This document shows positions 53,311 to 64,000 of a stretch of 64,000 bases of DNA, one piece after another. The DNA is from Rhizophagus irregularis (taxonomy: Eukaryota), in contig NC_089433.1 of NCBI RefSeq assembly GCF_026210795.1, positions 5,332,001-5,396,000 of the forward strand. Direction: 5' to 3'. Position 1 is the stretch's first letter. Each line of letters opens with the position of its first letter. Below the pieces are notes generated by a model. That model was not told where the DNA came from, searched no databases, and saw nothing but the letters and a program-made list of their open reading frames with translations. Both the position numbers and the translations under genes were made by a program.

Positions 53311-54290
53311 AAAAACGTTAATTTCGCTATACTAACATTATATAAAATTAGTTGAGACTTTTTCATCCAAATTTGGACTTATGGTTAGATTAAATGCAAA
53401 ATCTAATCCATAAAAATGCACAAATTTTCACAAATTTTCATTTTAACAATGATTGTCAATGATCTAATGCATTCCAGGATATGATCAACATTTCGGTACA
53501 AAAAAATCTATCGAATTATTTGATATGAGGGTTAACTATGGCACATTCATACAATCATACCATAAAATTTTCCTTGAAAAATACAATCTAGATTTTTCTG
53601 ATAGGATTTTACCATTGGGTTATCTTCTGAATCATCATCACTAGGCAGTTTCATCATCATATCTATGCATGTATAAGAATAAATAAATTTATGGCAATGA
53701 TCACACGTTAAAAAATTTAAAATTTAATTTTTTACCAAAATCAGCATTTTCTTTTGTTCACAATTATCGACATAACCATTATCAATACTTGAAGGAGAAT
53801 CTGTGGAATCTTGCTTTCTACCTGAACATCAATCTTTCCACATCAATCTGTCCACATCCACTTAACTTTGCTATTGCCAATTTCACATGAAAAAGTATGA
53901 GAAGACCATATTATTCAAAATTGTAATCTATTTTTGAAACCGAAGACTTCAAAACTTACTGTCCGGTGGCGGCGTAACCAAATGCTCTAGTTGGTGATTT
54001 AAATTGAAAAGTCGAAGCCGATACCTAAAAAAAGAAATATAAAAAAATATTAATAATAATATTTCTTTTTTTTAAAAAAAAAAGTTTCTAAAGTTCGAAC
54101 GAAACTTTTGAAACTTACCGATACCTAAAAAAGAGAAAAAAAATATTAGAAAAATTTGGTTTTTTAAAAAACAAAGTTTCGAAAAAACGAAAATTTTGAA
54201 ACTTACCGATCCAAAGTGAAGGGTCAAAGCCGATACTTAAAAAAAAGTGAAAAAAAAGCATTAGAAAAAATTATTCAATTATTCTTTGCA

Positions 54291-54475
54291 TTGAGGAGGT
54301 CACCGTCAGATGACAGTCGTGATAGTCTCCCCATTTTTATTGCACTTCCAGTATCATCCGTCGTCTGATGACAGGCACGAACGTGTGGGATACCCGCCAG
54401 GAGGCAGGATTATGTACGTTGAGGAGGTCACTGTCAGATGACAGTCGTGAATCGTGATGGTCTCCCCATTTTTTT
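54291..54475. repeat. Direct repeat at the break point of the helicase relic
   Basis: TTGAGGAGGTCACYGTCAGATGACAGTCGTGA...TCTCCCCATTTTT at ~54291 and ~54419. Confidence 0.7.
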
Positions 54476-55800
54476 GCTTTTAAGAAATCCGATAGAACTA
54501 ATTTTATTACCAGAACAATTACGAACTAATGAAATGATAACTATTTTTGTTTCTTCACCCTGAAAGTTATCAACAGTCCTTAAAGTAACTCGTTGATTTA
54601 ATGGTTTTGAAGTATTATTTTCTTCTCTCTCCATATAAGCAATATTTTCTGCATCTCTCTCATCAATTTCAATGGAAAATGATTTAGATAAAGCATCCTT
54701 GATTTTGATCAATTGTCCTGAATAAGGAGTAAGCACTGCTATATCTTCATATTTAGTATATCCATTTTTAACAAAATATTTAACCATTTCTACAACCATT
54801 TTAACTTCATGCATATTTACATGAGATTGTATCCCAGAATCACCAAAACTATCTTCTGGGTGATTATAATCAATAAAATATACTTTATGCTGAGCTCCAC
54901 ATATATTTGGATATTTAGCAGTGTTTTTTCCATCTATTAAATCTTCATAAATTGTACGTCTGATTAAATCAGAAATTTCATTTCTCATACGTCTCTGAAT
55001 TAACAGTCGAGTTCTTTCAATTGTAATTGCATTATTACCATCAACAAATCTTTCAAATAATGATTTATCTAATTGATAATATTCTCCTATTTGTAATTCC
55101 ATACTAAGAGAATATGTTGAAACATTAGGTCGAAGTTGATTGTGATCCCCTATTAATATTAAATGTTGAGTAGAAGGAGTTAACGCACTAAGAATATGAG
55201 CTTCTAAACTTCACCAGCTTCTTCACAAATAATGATTTTAAGATCAATATATCTAATTAAATTTTGTAATTTAGCAGCACCACTTGTTGTCATACTAATA
55301 ACATCACTATTTGATAATATTTAACGACGCGCTTCATCATAAATATCATTCAACTCTTGACGACATCCTTCATGCACAGTTTGTAAATTCAATAATATTT
55401 CTTCATCAAGTTCTGCATGCCAATAATCATGAAGTATTTGTCATTCTTTTTTTGATATTTTCCAAATTGGACAATCCTCTAATAATTCATTCAAAAAACG
55501 ATCAGAGTGTGATTTTTCATAATTTTTTACAAATTGTAATTCTTCATTGATAAATTCATCATCATCTGAATCCGTTTTTTCATTATTTAACCAATGATCT
55601 TTTCTCTCTTCGATCTTTCTAATATCTTCTCCAATCAACCATTTTTCAAATTCGTGCATCTTCCTTCCTTGAACCTTAATAAATTTATTCTGAGATTCTT
55701 CAGTTTTTTTCTTTATTACTATCTTGAAAGCCTTTATCATCAGTTTGTTCGTCATCACCGAATAAGAAAACTATATTTTTTTTCACAAAGCTTTTGACCA
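54470..55800 (-). pseudogene. ZNFX1/UPF1-like SF1 helicase relic
   Basis: GMTTSGAAK, ICEEAGEV (frameshift at ~55207), LIGDHNQLRP, SLFER, QRRM, LTPY, TVDNFQGEE; premature stop at 55441; truncated at both ends. Confidence 0.85.
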
Positions 55801-56679
55801 GTCGAATTCTTAATAATAATATATTATTAATCTAGATTTACTGTATTTTTATCTATAATTTGTAAAATTTTCCCTAAAATATACAATAAGGGATAAACTA
55901 ATCCTGGACGTATGATATACATCCCCGAAATTAACTAAAATAGGATTTTAGAATCCAATTTAGTAACACAAACATGCGCGCATTTTTTTTCTGAATTATT
56001 ATTTACAAATGATTTTTATGCCTTTACATTTGACAGCCACCAAAAATGGTAAAAGCCTGATTTTAAATTTTATTGTTTAACGACAAAAAAAAAAGAATTT
56101 TTTTTTATACATATATAGAATTTTTTTAAAAATATATGCATTTGTGTATATATATGTATTTTTTTTCAGAAGCTTGGCACTGAACTAGAATAAAAAATCA
56201 GCTTAACTTTTTTTTTAGTTTGGCCTATTTCTGAAATTTTCCAAAGATCAAAATTCTTTTATTGTTTGGCATTGTCCAGTTATTATGAGAACAATTATGT
56301 GAATAATTTATTATTATCACGTGATTACGATGATTACAGGTTACAATATACTTATACTATAGGCGTAAATAATAAAATTGTTGTTTTTCTTAACAAGATC
56401 TTTTTTTAATATTGTTCACACACCTCAACTTCAAAATTTCCTAGAAAAATTGATGCATAATTTACGAAAAAAGTATGTGAACGTTCTCTATTGAAACAAT
56501 AAGAACCAATTTAATTTCTTGAAGTGGAATTCTCTTTGTTGCATTTCTTTCCGCTCATGCCATTCCACAGGTCCCTATAAATTAACATTTCTTGTGGGAC
56601 ATCTATAAATTAAAAGGGATGGTTAGCTTTTGCTAAGTACTCTACTTAAAAATTTCGTCCCGCCATCTGGTAGGTGACG

Positions 56680-57775
56680 TGAGGCAGTATCCTTCTAAAG
56701 TATCAAGTAACATAATGAAGCAGTCCGGATCTTCTTCCTATATATTAGTGTCGATATTTTCACCGTCCGTTCCTGAAAACTGCACAATAAAAGGTATAGC
56801 TACAAGTATCTGTTTGAAAGAACTTACAAAAACACAGCTTTAGGTTATTGTGTCCTTTCGCTGACATCTCTCCTGGACACACAAAGATTTGTTATCATCC
56901 AGAAATTTTGAAAACAGAGAAGGACGTTCACAGTAAAACTGTGGCCACGAAGCGCTTCCAGTTCTCTGAATCCAAAAGTCCTCAATGAAAACAAATCATT
57001 GCATGAAAGAAGTTGAGGAAGGCACATAACTATTCCTCATTGCGGAACAGTAGACCTCAACACTGAGAAGATCTTATCCGTATCTCTCAGCCAGGTCCGT
57101 CAGTTAACAGAGTTATCATAGTTAGACCTGCCAGCTCGCAAGGTTGCCATAACTTCCTTGATCATTGCATCCACTTGTTCACCTTCACCAGAAAGAGGCA
57201 GGCAAAGCCCACTCTCTTTAGCTTTACGAAAAATGGTTCGACATACCTCTATATTAGATAAAAATGGAGGTCCGGAAGAGGGATGACGAGAAATAATGTG
57301 ACGTTGCAGTCGTTGCACCAGTTATTAGAAGTCACGTGATTCCGCGTAAAGTTTTTTCCGATAACAAATTGTTTTTCGGGTGCCAACGAGTGCTAAAGGT
57401 TTGTTGAATGGGTTCTTGAGACAAACTACCATATCTTCAAGACGGTGAATTTGAACCTGATGACTTATATTCAGGTACCTTAACCAAGGCTTCACTTTTA
57501 AAGTTAAAGATATAACCTTGAGGTGGGTTCTCGTACGATGGGCTCCAGTCATCTATTTGCAACTCTTTAAAGCCGTTAAACCCGAGATAATTCTTTCTAT
57601 TTTAAAGTCAGGAAAGAAGAGATAAAATTCAATTATTTATTTATTTATTTATTTTGAGGAGTATAATACAAAATTTATAAAATGGTTCTTGATAATTACG
57701 AAAATTATTGGTTTAATTTCTTCAAGAGCGCTAAAGTGAACATCATAAACTTTCGGGTTTGGAGTTAGCGTCATC
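56680..57775 (-). pseudogene. GC-richer degraded coding-like region of unknown origin
   Basis: ORFs 57325-57552 and 57100-57318 share a frame and are separated by stops; 56845-57027 follows in another frame. No motif recognised. Confidence 0.3.
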
Positions 57776-59295
57776 TTTTTTTTGTTAGGAGGGTTTAGAA
57801 CTCGGAAACAACATTTCCTATCTGTATTTTTTGTTAGGAGAGTTTAAACTCGGAAACAACAGACAGTTGTTTCCCGTCTGTTAGAAGCTTTTTTTGTAAG
57901 AGTTTTTTTATTAGGTAGTGTCTTTTTTGTTAGGAAGGTGTCCCCTTTTTATATTATTTTTCTTATCACGCGATATGTCTACATGTGAGAGTTTGATATA
58001 TGAGTCATCTTTACTCTGATTTAGAGAAATTAGATATCATATGACTCTGACGAAGGTGATCTCGATAAAAAAAACTATTGCGTCTTGCGTCACGTAGTAA
58101 GTTTGTTTTTTTTAAAAAAAAGTAAAAAAAAAATAGTTTAAACAATAATCATTTTTGCCTTAAATAATTTTAAATAAAGCGGAGAGTCAAATATGGACTG
58201 CTTAGAAATACAAATATGCATGATGATCGCATGATCAATATAATCAATAGCAAAAATTTAATGTAAGAAAGTTTATTATCAAAATATAGAGGTTGGGAAC
58301 AACCAAATAAATAAAAACAATAATAATGCGAATAGTAACTAAGTCTTTTTTTTTATTAGTGTTAATAATTAATAATTCATAAGTAATAAAAAAAAATTCA
58401 ACGAAATTTTGGATGACGTCACCCAACAAAGAATTTTAGTTTGAAAAAAAAAAATCCATAAAAATTTCAGAAAAAAATTTCGGTCTATTACAACCTATCG
58501 TAAATAATTTAGGATAGAACTATAAAAAAAAAAAATTTTTTTCTCATAATTAGTCATTTATAAATTAATTTAGATCGTTAGATATTCGGTTGCAGAAAAA
58601 TGAATATTAGAAATTTTATATATAATATTTTTATATTGGGTATAAATAGGTTAAGTATTTACACTGATAAGAGTTATAGGATTTTTTTATGTCATGTATT
58701 TAGTGTAGATACTTTATTGATGCGATGTAAATTTTTATGATTAATCGATTTTTCGATTATCATAATACGCACCTGTACGTATTATATGTAAAATATTCTA
58801 TTTTTACTTTACTTTGGATAAATTTATACTTAGTTTTTTTATTCATATGAATAATTATATTTAACTTTTAACAACCTATAATTATACCACTGATTTTATC
58901 ATTATTACTGTATATACTACATAAATTGAATGATTTCCTGCCAAGATGGAAAGAGGATAAAATTATTACCGTATTGAAAAGCTTGAGGCTAATAAAAAGA
59001 ATCGACATGTAAATATAATAAGCTTCGAAAATATATTATGTTATGGACACGAGTTTTCACTTGTTAAAGTTTAAAAACATAAATAAGTACAAATGATGCG
59101 CTATAATTATAACGAAAAACACATTTTGTAATTGAACATAATTTGTTAGTCCAAACTTATTTTAATATGCCTCATTCACTACGAATATTGTAAATCATAA
59201 ATATAATTATTACTAAAACATTATACAATGAATTGAACATCTACAAGGAAAAAAATAAAATAATAAGAAGTATTTATTTGTAATAAGGTTTAATA

Positions 59296-61185
59296 TTAAT
59301 CTTTCTTATTATATGTATAACAAATATTCAAGAGAGTATGTGTTTTATGTGTATGAGCATATGGTATGAATGAAAAATCACCAATATTTAAGTCCTGATC
59401 TTTGAAAAAATAATTTTGCCAATTCTCCTTCACCATCATCATCGCTGATATATCACCAATATTATACGGATGTGATATAACATTGGTATATTGGAAATAT
59501 CCAGATGGGTCTACAACCTTTTCAGCCATCGAAATCTTCTTTTGTGCATCAATCAACATCCCGTGACGAACCCTACCATCATATTCCATGATATGCGCAC
59601 CAAATACCTCCTTAAACCAATCGATCGATGTCATTATGTGAATTGTATCATTTCCTGAACAGGCGCGAAGCATCTTATGAAAATCGTGCACATAAAAGTA
59701 ATCGCAAATATTACTCCAAGACATTATCCATGGATCTAATTGACGAATGGAGACAAGCAATGCAGAATTATCATTGGTAACAGGTTGAAAATGTAGATAA
59801 ATTTCAATCTTTCCAGCTTGTCCCTCAAGTGGTGATAACCAATTGCAAACTTTTATAATCGCATTTTCAAGGAAGTTGTAAATTGCATTCAAAAAGCTGA
59901 TTTCTTTACGTTGATTCTTAGATAAAATGGTGTCCATTGGCATCATTTGGAGCATGAATTCATTTGAAGAATGTGGTAAAATTCCGTTATTACAATTGAA
60001 CATTGTAATGCTTGCGATTAGATTTTTTGGTGGTTGATCATCCATAAGGGGGAACTCACCAGTAAGAATATGACGTGCAACTTGTACACGATCTCGTGGC
60101 TCAACAAGATTAGCAACAATAAAAAATACATTATCTTCTGAAATAAAAGTTTTTGTCCAGAGTTTATGCGCTTCTTGGTGAGATTTTGGTGATCTGATAG
60201 ACTTATTCCAATGAGAGATTAGAGATCTGACTTTTGGATGAAGCTCCTTTTTTGTTGGGTTAGGTGGACCATCATTAGGTGCATCTCCGAATTGTAAGAC
60301 ACTTTTGACGGCCTTCTCAAAGTATTTTAAAGTCTCCATTGTCCATACAGAAGAGAACCACACTTCTATTATTGATCGAATTGGAACTTTTTTCACCATC
60401 ATTTCTTTAATCACATTAGTTTTTGCTACCGCATAAACAGATCCTTCATACCCAATGAATTTATTTGGTTGTTCAATAAAATTCATATTCTGAGTAATTT
60501 CAGCTTGTAAAAGTAAATCCAAATCTACAAAACCGACAGCAATATGAACCTTGCCTTGGTCATATGTTAAACTTAGCTTTGACATGCTACTAAAGCTTTG
60601 AGCGGCCACATCTTTACCCCCTAGATATTGAGATTTCATTTTTCCGGTAAAAATATCACCAATTTTTCTTGGAGTTGTGAGAAAATTTATGAGAACTTCA
60701 GAAAATTCATTCCATCTATTCATAATATATTTCGGGTCAGGTTCGTCAGGATCATGGTCTATGAATCTTCCGATAAGTTGAAGATATTCTATTGATGATT
60801 GAGCAGAATTAAGGAATTGAATATGCATCTTTTCATGTGGATATTTAATGGCATATTCTTGTTCAAAATCAGGTACATTGAAATTTTCTACAACATCATC
60901 AGAGATCAAATCCGATATAAATTCACGCATTTCAGATGAAGATGAACTTGTTGGTATGATGAGCTCGGTTCCAACTGTTCCACACACCTTTCTATGCTCT
61001 TTCCAGTCTTTTTTCTGACATTTTTTAGAACAATAATATATTTGATTACAATTTGTACATTTGTTCTTGGAAGGTTTCAAGCATACGTTACATATATTTT
61101 TCACAGGAACTTTATTAAGTTTTCCACTTTTAAAATAGTATATAAAGAAAAAAAGGAAGAAAAGTGAAAACAAAATGAACATCAT
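59296..61185 (-). CDS. MYND-type zinc finger protein, 629 aa, intronless, hydrophobic N-terminus
   Basis: CNVC...CTNC...YYCSKKCQKKDWKEHRKVC matches zf-MYND; the long C-terminal domain is not recognised. Confidence 0.88.
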   Translation of the reverse strand: MMFILFSLFFLFFFIYYFKSGKLNKVPVKNICNVCLKPSKNKCTNCNQIYYCSKKCQKKDWKEHRKVCGTVGTELIIPTSSSSSEMREFISDLISDDVVENFNVPDFEQEYAIKYPHEKMHIQFLNSAQSSIEYLQLIGRFIDHDPDEPDPKYIMNRWNEFSEVLINFLTTPRKIGDIFTGKMKSQYLGGKDVAAQSFSSMSKLSLTYDQGKVHIAVGFVDLDLLLQAEITQNMNFIEQPNKFIGYEGSVYAVAKTNVIKEMMVKKVPIRSIIEVWFSSVWTMETLKYFEKAVKSVLQFGDAPNDGPPNPTKKELHPKVRSLISHWNKSIRSPKSHQEAHKLWTKTFISEDNVFFIVANLVEPRDRVQVARHILTGEFPLMDDQPPKNLIASITMFNCNNGILPHSSNEFMLQMMPMDTILSKNQRKEISFLNAIYNFLENAIIKVCNWLSPLEGQAGKIEIYLHFQPVTNDNSALLVSIRQLDPWIMSWSNICDYFYVHDFHKMLRACSGNDTIHIMTSIDWFKEVFGAHIMEYDGRVRHGMLIDAQKKISMAEKVVDPSGYFQYTNVISHPYNIGDISAMMMVKENWQNYFFKDQDLNIGDFSFIPYAHTHKTHTLLNICYTYNKKD

Positions 61186-62744
61186 GTCTGATTTATAAGC
61201 AAAATAAACAAATTAATTGAGCTTAAATAACACTGTATGTTACACATCCATACAAGCTCAAAAAAAAAAAAAGACCAGTTAATAACTGGTTTATAAGTAA
61301 TATTAGGACAAATTAAATTGATCATTTTTAAAAAAAGTTTAACCGGGAAATTATTAACATATTTAATTGATATATAGGGTATATTGTATAGGTTTTGCCA
61401 TAAAAATCGCTTTATTGTTTCCGAGATAGGAAATTTTATTGGACCATAGAACTATGGACTAACTTTATTGGTCACGTAAATAGGAGTAATTAGGCAATAA
61501 AAAGTACTTTCAAGGTAGAAAAAAGGTATTATTCAAATACTTGATTCGGCACAAAAAACACGCTATTTTTATAATTTTATTTCTATGTATACTAACACAC
61601 TATTTTCATAATATTTTGAATATTCGTTTAATAATGCATTTTTTTACGATCACCGATCACGTGATATTGCAATATACAAAATTTAAACGGCACGATTTCA
61701 TAAATTATAAAATGTATGAATAAGATATATTGTAAACAAAATCAATATATAATATAACCGTTATTTCGATTAGATAATCTTGCATAAAATGAAAATGAAT
61801 TTATCTATTATATAATTTGATCAAAATTTAAGAAGTTTTAAGCAATTCAATACCGATATACATACTGTATTTGTTTTTTTTAAAAAAAAATCCTAATATA
61901 TAATAAATCCGACATGATTTTACCTATTAGCGATAGTCGATAGATTTAAAATATGATGTCGATTGTATTTAGCTGTAAAATCTTACTTGCTACATTTTCT
62001 TTATAGATCCAATTTATAAATTTAGAAAAGTTTTAAATTAAATAATATTGTACTCTCAAATATGCACAAAATTTTTAGGAAATATGCAAAAAAAACATTA
62101 ATGTTAAAATTAAATATTAATATAACCATTTGTTTATTGTCATTCTATTGGAACGAAAATATTTATTATTTACAGTACATGCGTATAATTTTTTATTTCT
62201 AGTTCGTACAAATTCTCGACTAGCGATCATCCATACAGTACATGGCTTAGACATCGTGAATTTCATGAGATTTCACAGTTAAATGCAGCAATTATGTAAT
62301 GTGTATTTATAATATTCATAATGTACTATATAATTATTATGAATAATATGCAGCAAATATCCGCTACATCAAAATAACCGTAAATTTATTGAATCAAGAA
62401 TTCTGTTAATGAATAAAATACAAAAAAAAGAAATTAACATGTATGAAAAAACCATACATCAGTGACTCATTTAGCAGATAATAAATAACTACTTTACGTC
62501 CGTGCGACTATCGCTAGTGTAAATTCGTGAAAGTTATATTTATCGCTGTTTCAAATTAGTGCGAGTGTGCGACCCCCTGTATGTCATCCCTTAAGGAAAT
62601 CGGTTTTCACAAATCTGGAAATTCCTGAATTTCCTGGATAAATAAGTAGAGAAGGGTCAATTATTAGCGATCTCCGAAGGAATTCCTACAAAAATTCAAA
62701 TATTTTCCTATGTGCGAGTTTTAAAATTGTGTATCACTCATATA

Positions 62745-63214
62745 AGTGTTCCGAAAGGGTCGGGTCAAACCCGGGTTGTTGACCCGACTCGTATTTAGGG
62801 GTCGGGTTGGGGTCGCATGATTTGATGACCCGACCCGTAGATTCGTGTTATACCTTTATTTTGATTTTTTGACCCGGCGACCCGAATCTTTTTATTATAT
62901 TTTTAACTAAAAATTTAAATTTTTTTATATTACAGCTGTTTTCATAAGACCTGGGACAAAATAAAATTTTCAAATCAAACTATCAAATCAGGATCACGTG
63001 CCCAGCTAAAAATACCATCGGCGAATCGGGTTCAAAAATTTAGTTTGTCCCAGGTCTTATGAAAACAGCTGTAAATACAACTTGACGGGTCGAACCCGGG
63101 TTATCCGAGTCAGACTATAATCAGGTCAAGTCGAATCCGAGTCGTTACTTTTACACTCGGGTCGAGTTCTAATACACCTCAAAATCCGACCCGACTCGAC
63201 CCCTTCGGAACACT
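62745..63214. mobile_element. hAT-like MITE with GACCCG subterminal repeats
   Basis: TIR AGTGTTCCGAA(A/G)GGGTCG / CGACCCCTTCGGAACACT; no clean TSD. Confidence 0.75.
62933..63071. mobile_element. Tc1/mariner-type MITE, 139 bp
   Basis: 28-bp perfect TIR CAGCTGTTTTCATAAGACCTGGGACAAA, TA on both sides. Confidence 0.9.
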
Positions 63215-63733
63215 AAGTGAGTGTGTCATATTTTCAAGTGAATCTACTTAAATAACTGAAATTTCCCAAGATTTCCTCTGGTAATCACACGCTTCTCTGC
63301 ATAGTTATTCAAGAAAATTCCAGATTCTCCAGATTGTGTAAACAGTGGATGACGCACAGGGGTCGCACTACGCACTAATTTGAAAACAGCGATAAATAAA
63401 TTTTCTTCTTTTATTTTATAACAATGAAATTGGCTAAATTAAAAAGTGTATTTGAAAACATCATCACTTTTTGTTAAAAAACACAATATAATATTTCACA
63501 ATAATTAATTGTAACGATTAAATATTTTTTAAGAAAAAACGAAAAGTCCCAGATTATCAATTTTGAGGTGATACAAAAAATAGTAAACTATTTTTATCAT
63601 GGGATAAAGTTTTATTTGTTGGCTACAATTGGCACATGATTGAATGACACCATTAAATATGAATACAATTGCGTAATTAAACAATTGATTCAATCTGATC
63701 CCTTACAAATTTTTTTCGTTATAAACATAAAAC

Positions 63734-64000
63734 ATGTCGATTTCTGGCACACAGATTTTATTATGGTGTTTGGTTCGAGGAGGATCCGTTTTTAACATTA
63801 CTATAGAAAGGAATAATCGAGTTTCTGATCTCAAAAAAGCTATCAAAAATAAGAAACCAAATGATTTTGCTAATGTCGATGCAGATAGACTCACGTTATG
63901 GATGCTTAAAAACACTGTTAATATTAACGAGATTCAAAGCCTATTTCTTCAAGATAACGAGAATGACCAAAATATAGTTTTATTAAAGGATATGCGAAAA
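63734..64000 (+). CDS. Crinkler (CRN)-type N-terminal domain protein, runs off the window
   Basis: MSISGTQILLWCLVRGGSVFNITIERNNRVSDLKKAIKNKKPNDFANVDADRLTLW matches the CRN N-terminal ubiquitin-like pattern. Confidence 0.85.
   Translation, partial: MSISGTQILLWCLVRGGSVFNITIERNNRVSDLKKAIKNKKPNDFANVDADRLTLWMLKNTVNINEIQSLFLQDNENDQNIVLLKDMRK

Larger units (their letters stand above)
62529..63405. mobile_element. Foldback element with long imperfect inverted arms (outer of three nested elements)
   Basis: TTTATCGCTGTTTCAAATTAGTGCG...TGCGACCCCCTGT vs ACAGGGGTCGCA...CGCACTAATTTGAAAACAGCGATAAA; weaker complementarity continues ~150 bp inward. Confidence 0.7.

Noticed and set aside
63703..63915. 70-aa minus-strand ORF
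   Set aside because: Antisense to the Crinkler ORF on the plus strand.

Overview
Very AT-rich eukaryotic DNA with short GT-AG introns. Gene content (expanded tyrosine-kinase-like kinases with WTSGN N-termini, a Crinkler N-terminus, a ZNFX1-like helicase relic) suggests an arbuscular mycorrhizal fungus (Glomeromycota, Rhizophagus-like); this is inference. The window holds four TKL kinase genes, a P-loop ATPase gene, an intronless MYND-finger gene, the start of a Crinkler gene, and many TE remnants (LINE 3' ends, a Helitron with its empty site in the window, nested MITEs). Three things stand out. (1) Two paralogous kinases are built from 8 and 6 tandem kinase N-lobe modules on in-frame phase-0 exons, with variable loops; only the last module has an intact Gly-loop. 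(2) A tandem array of about ten 3-nt microexons (AG|NNN|GTAAGT) would splice in frame. (3) A 2.77-kb insertion with a 16-bp TSD and a LINE-type tail carries only a 721-aa ORF with no recognisable RT or endonuclease. All exon models were read by eye, without transcript data.
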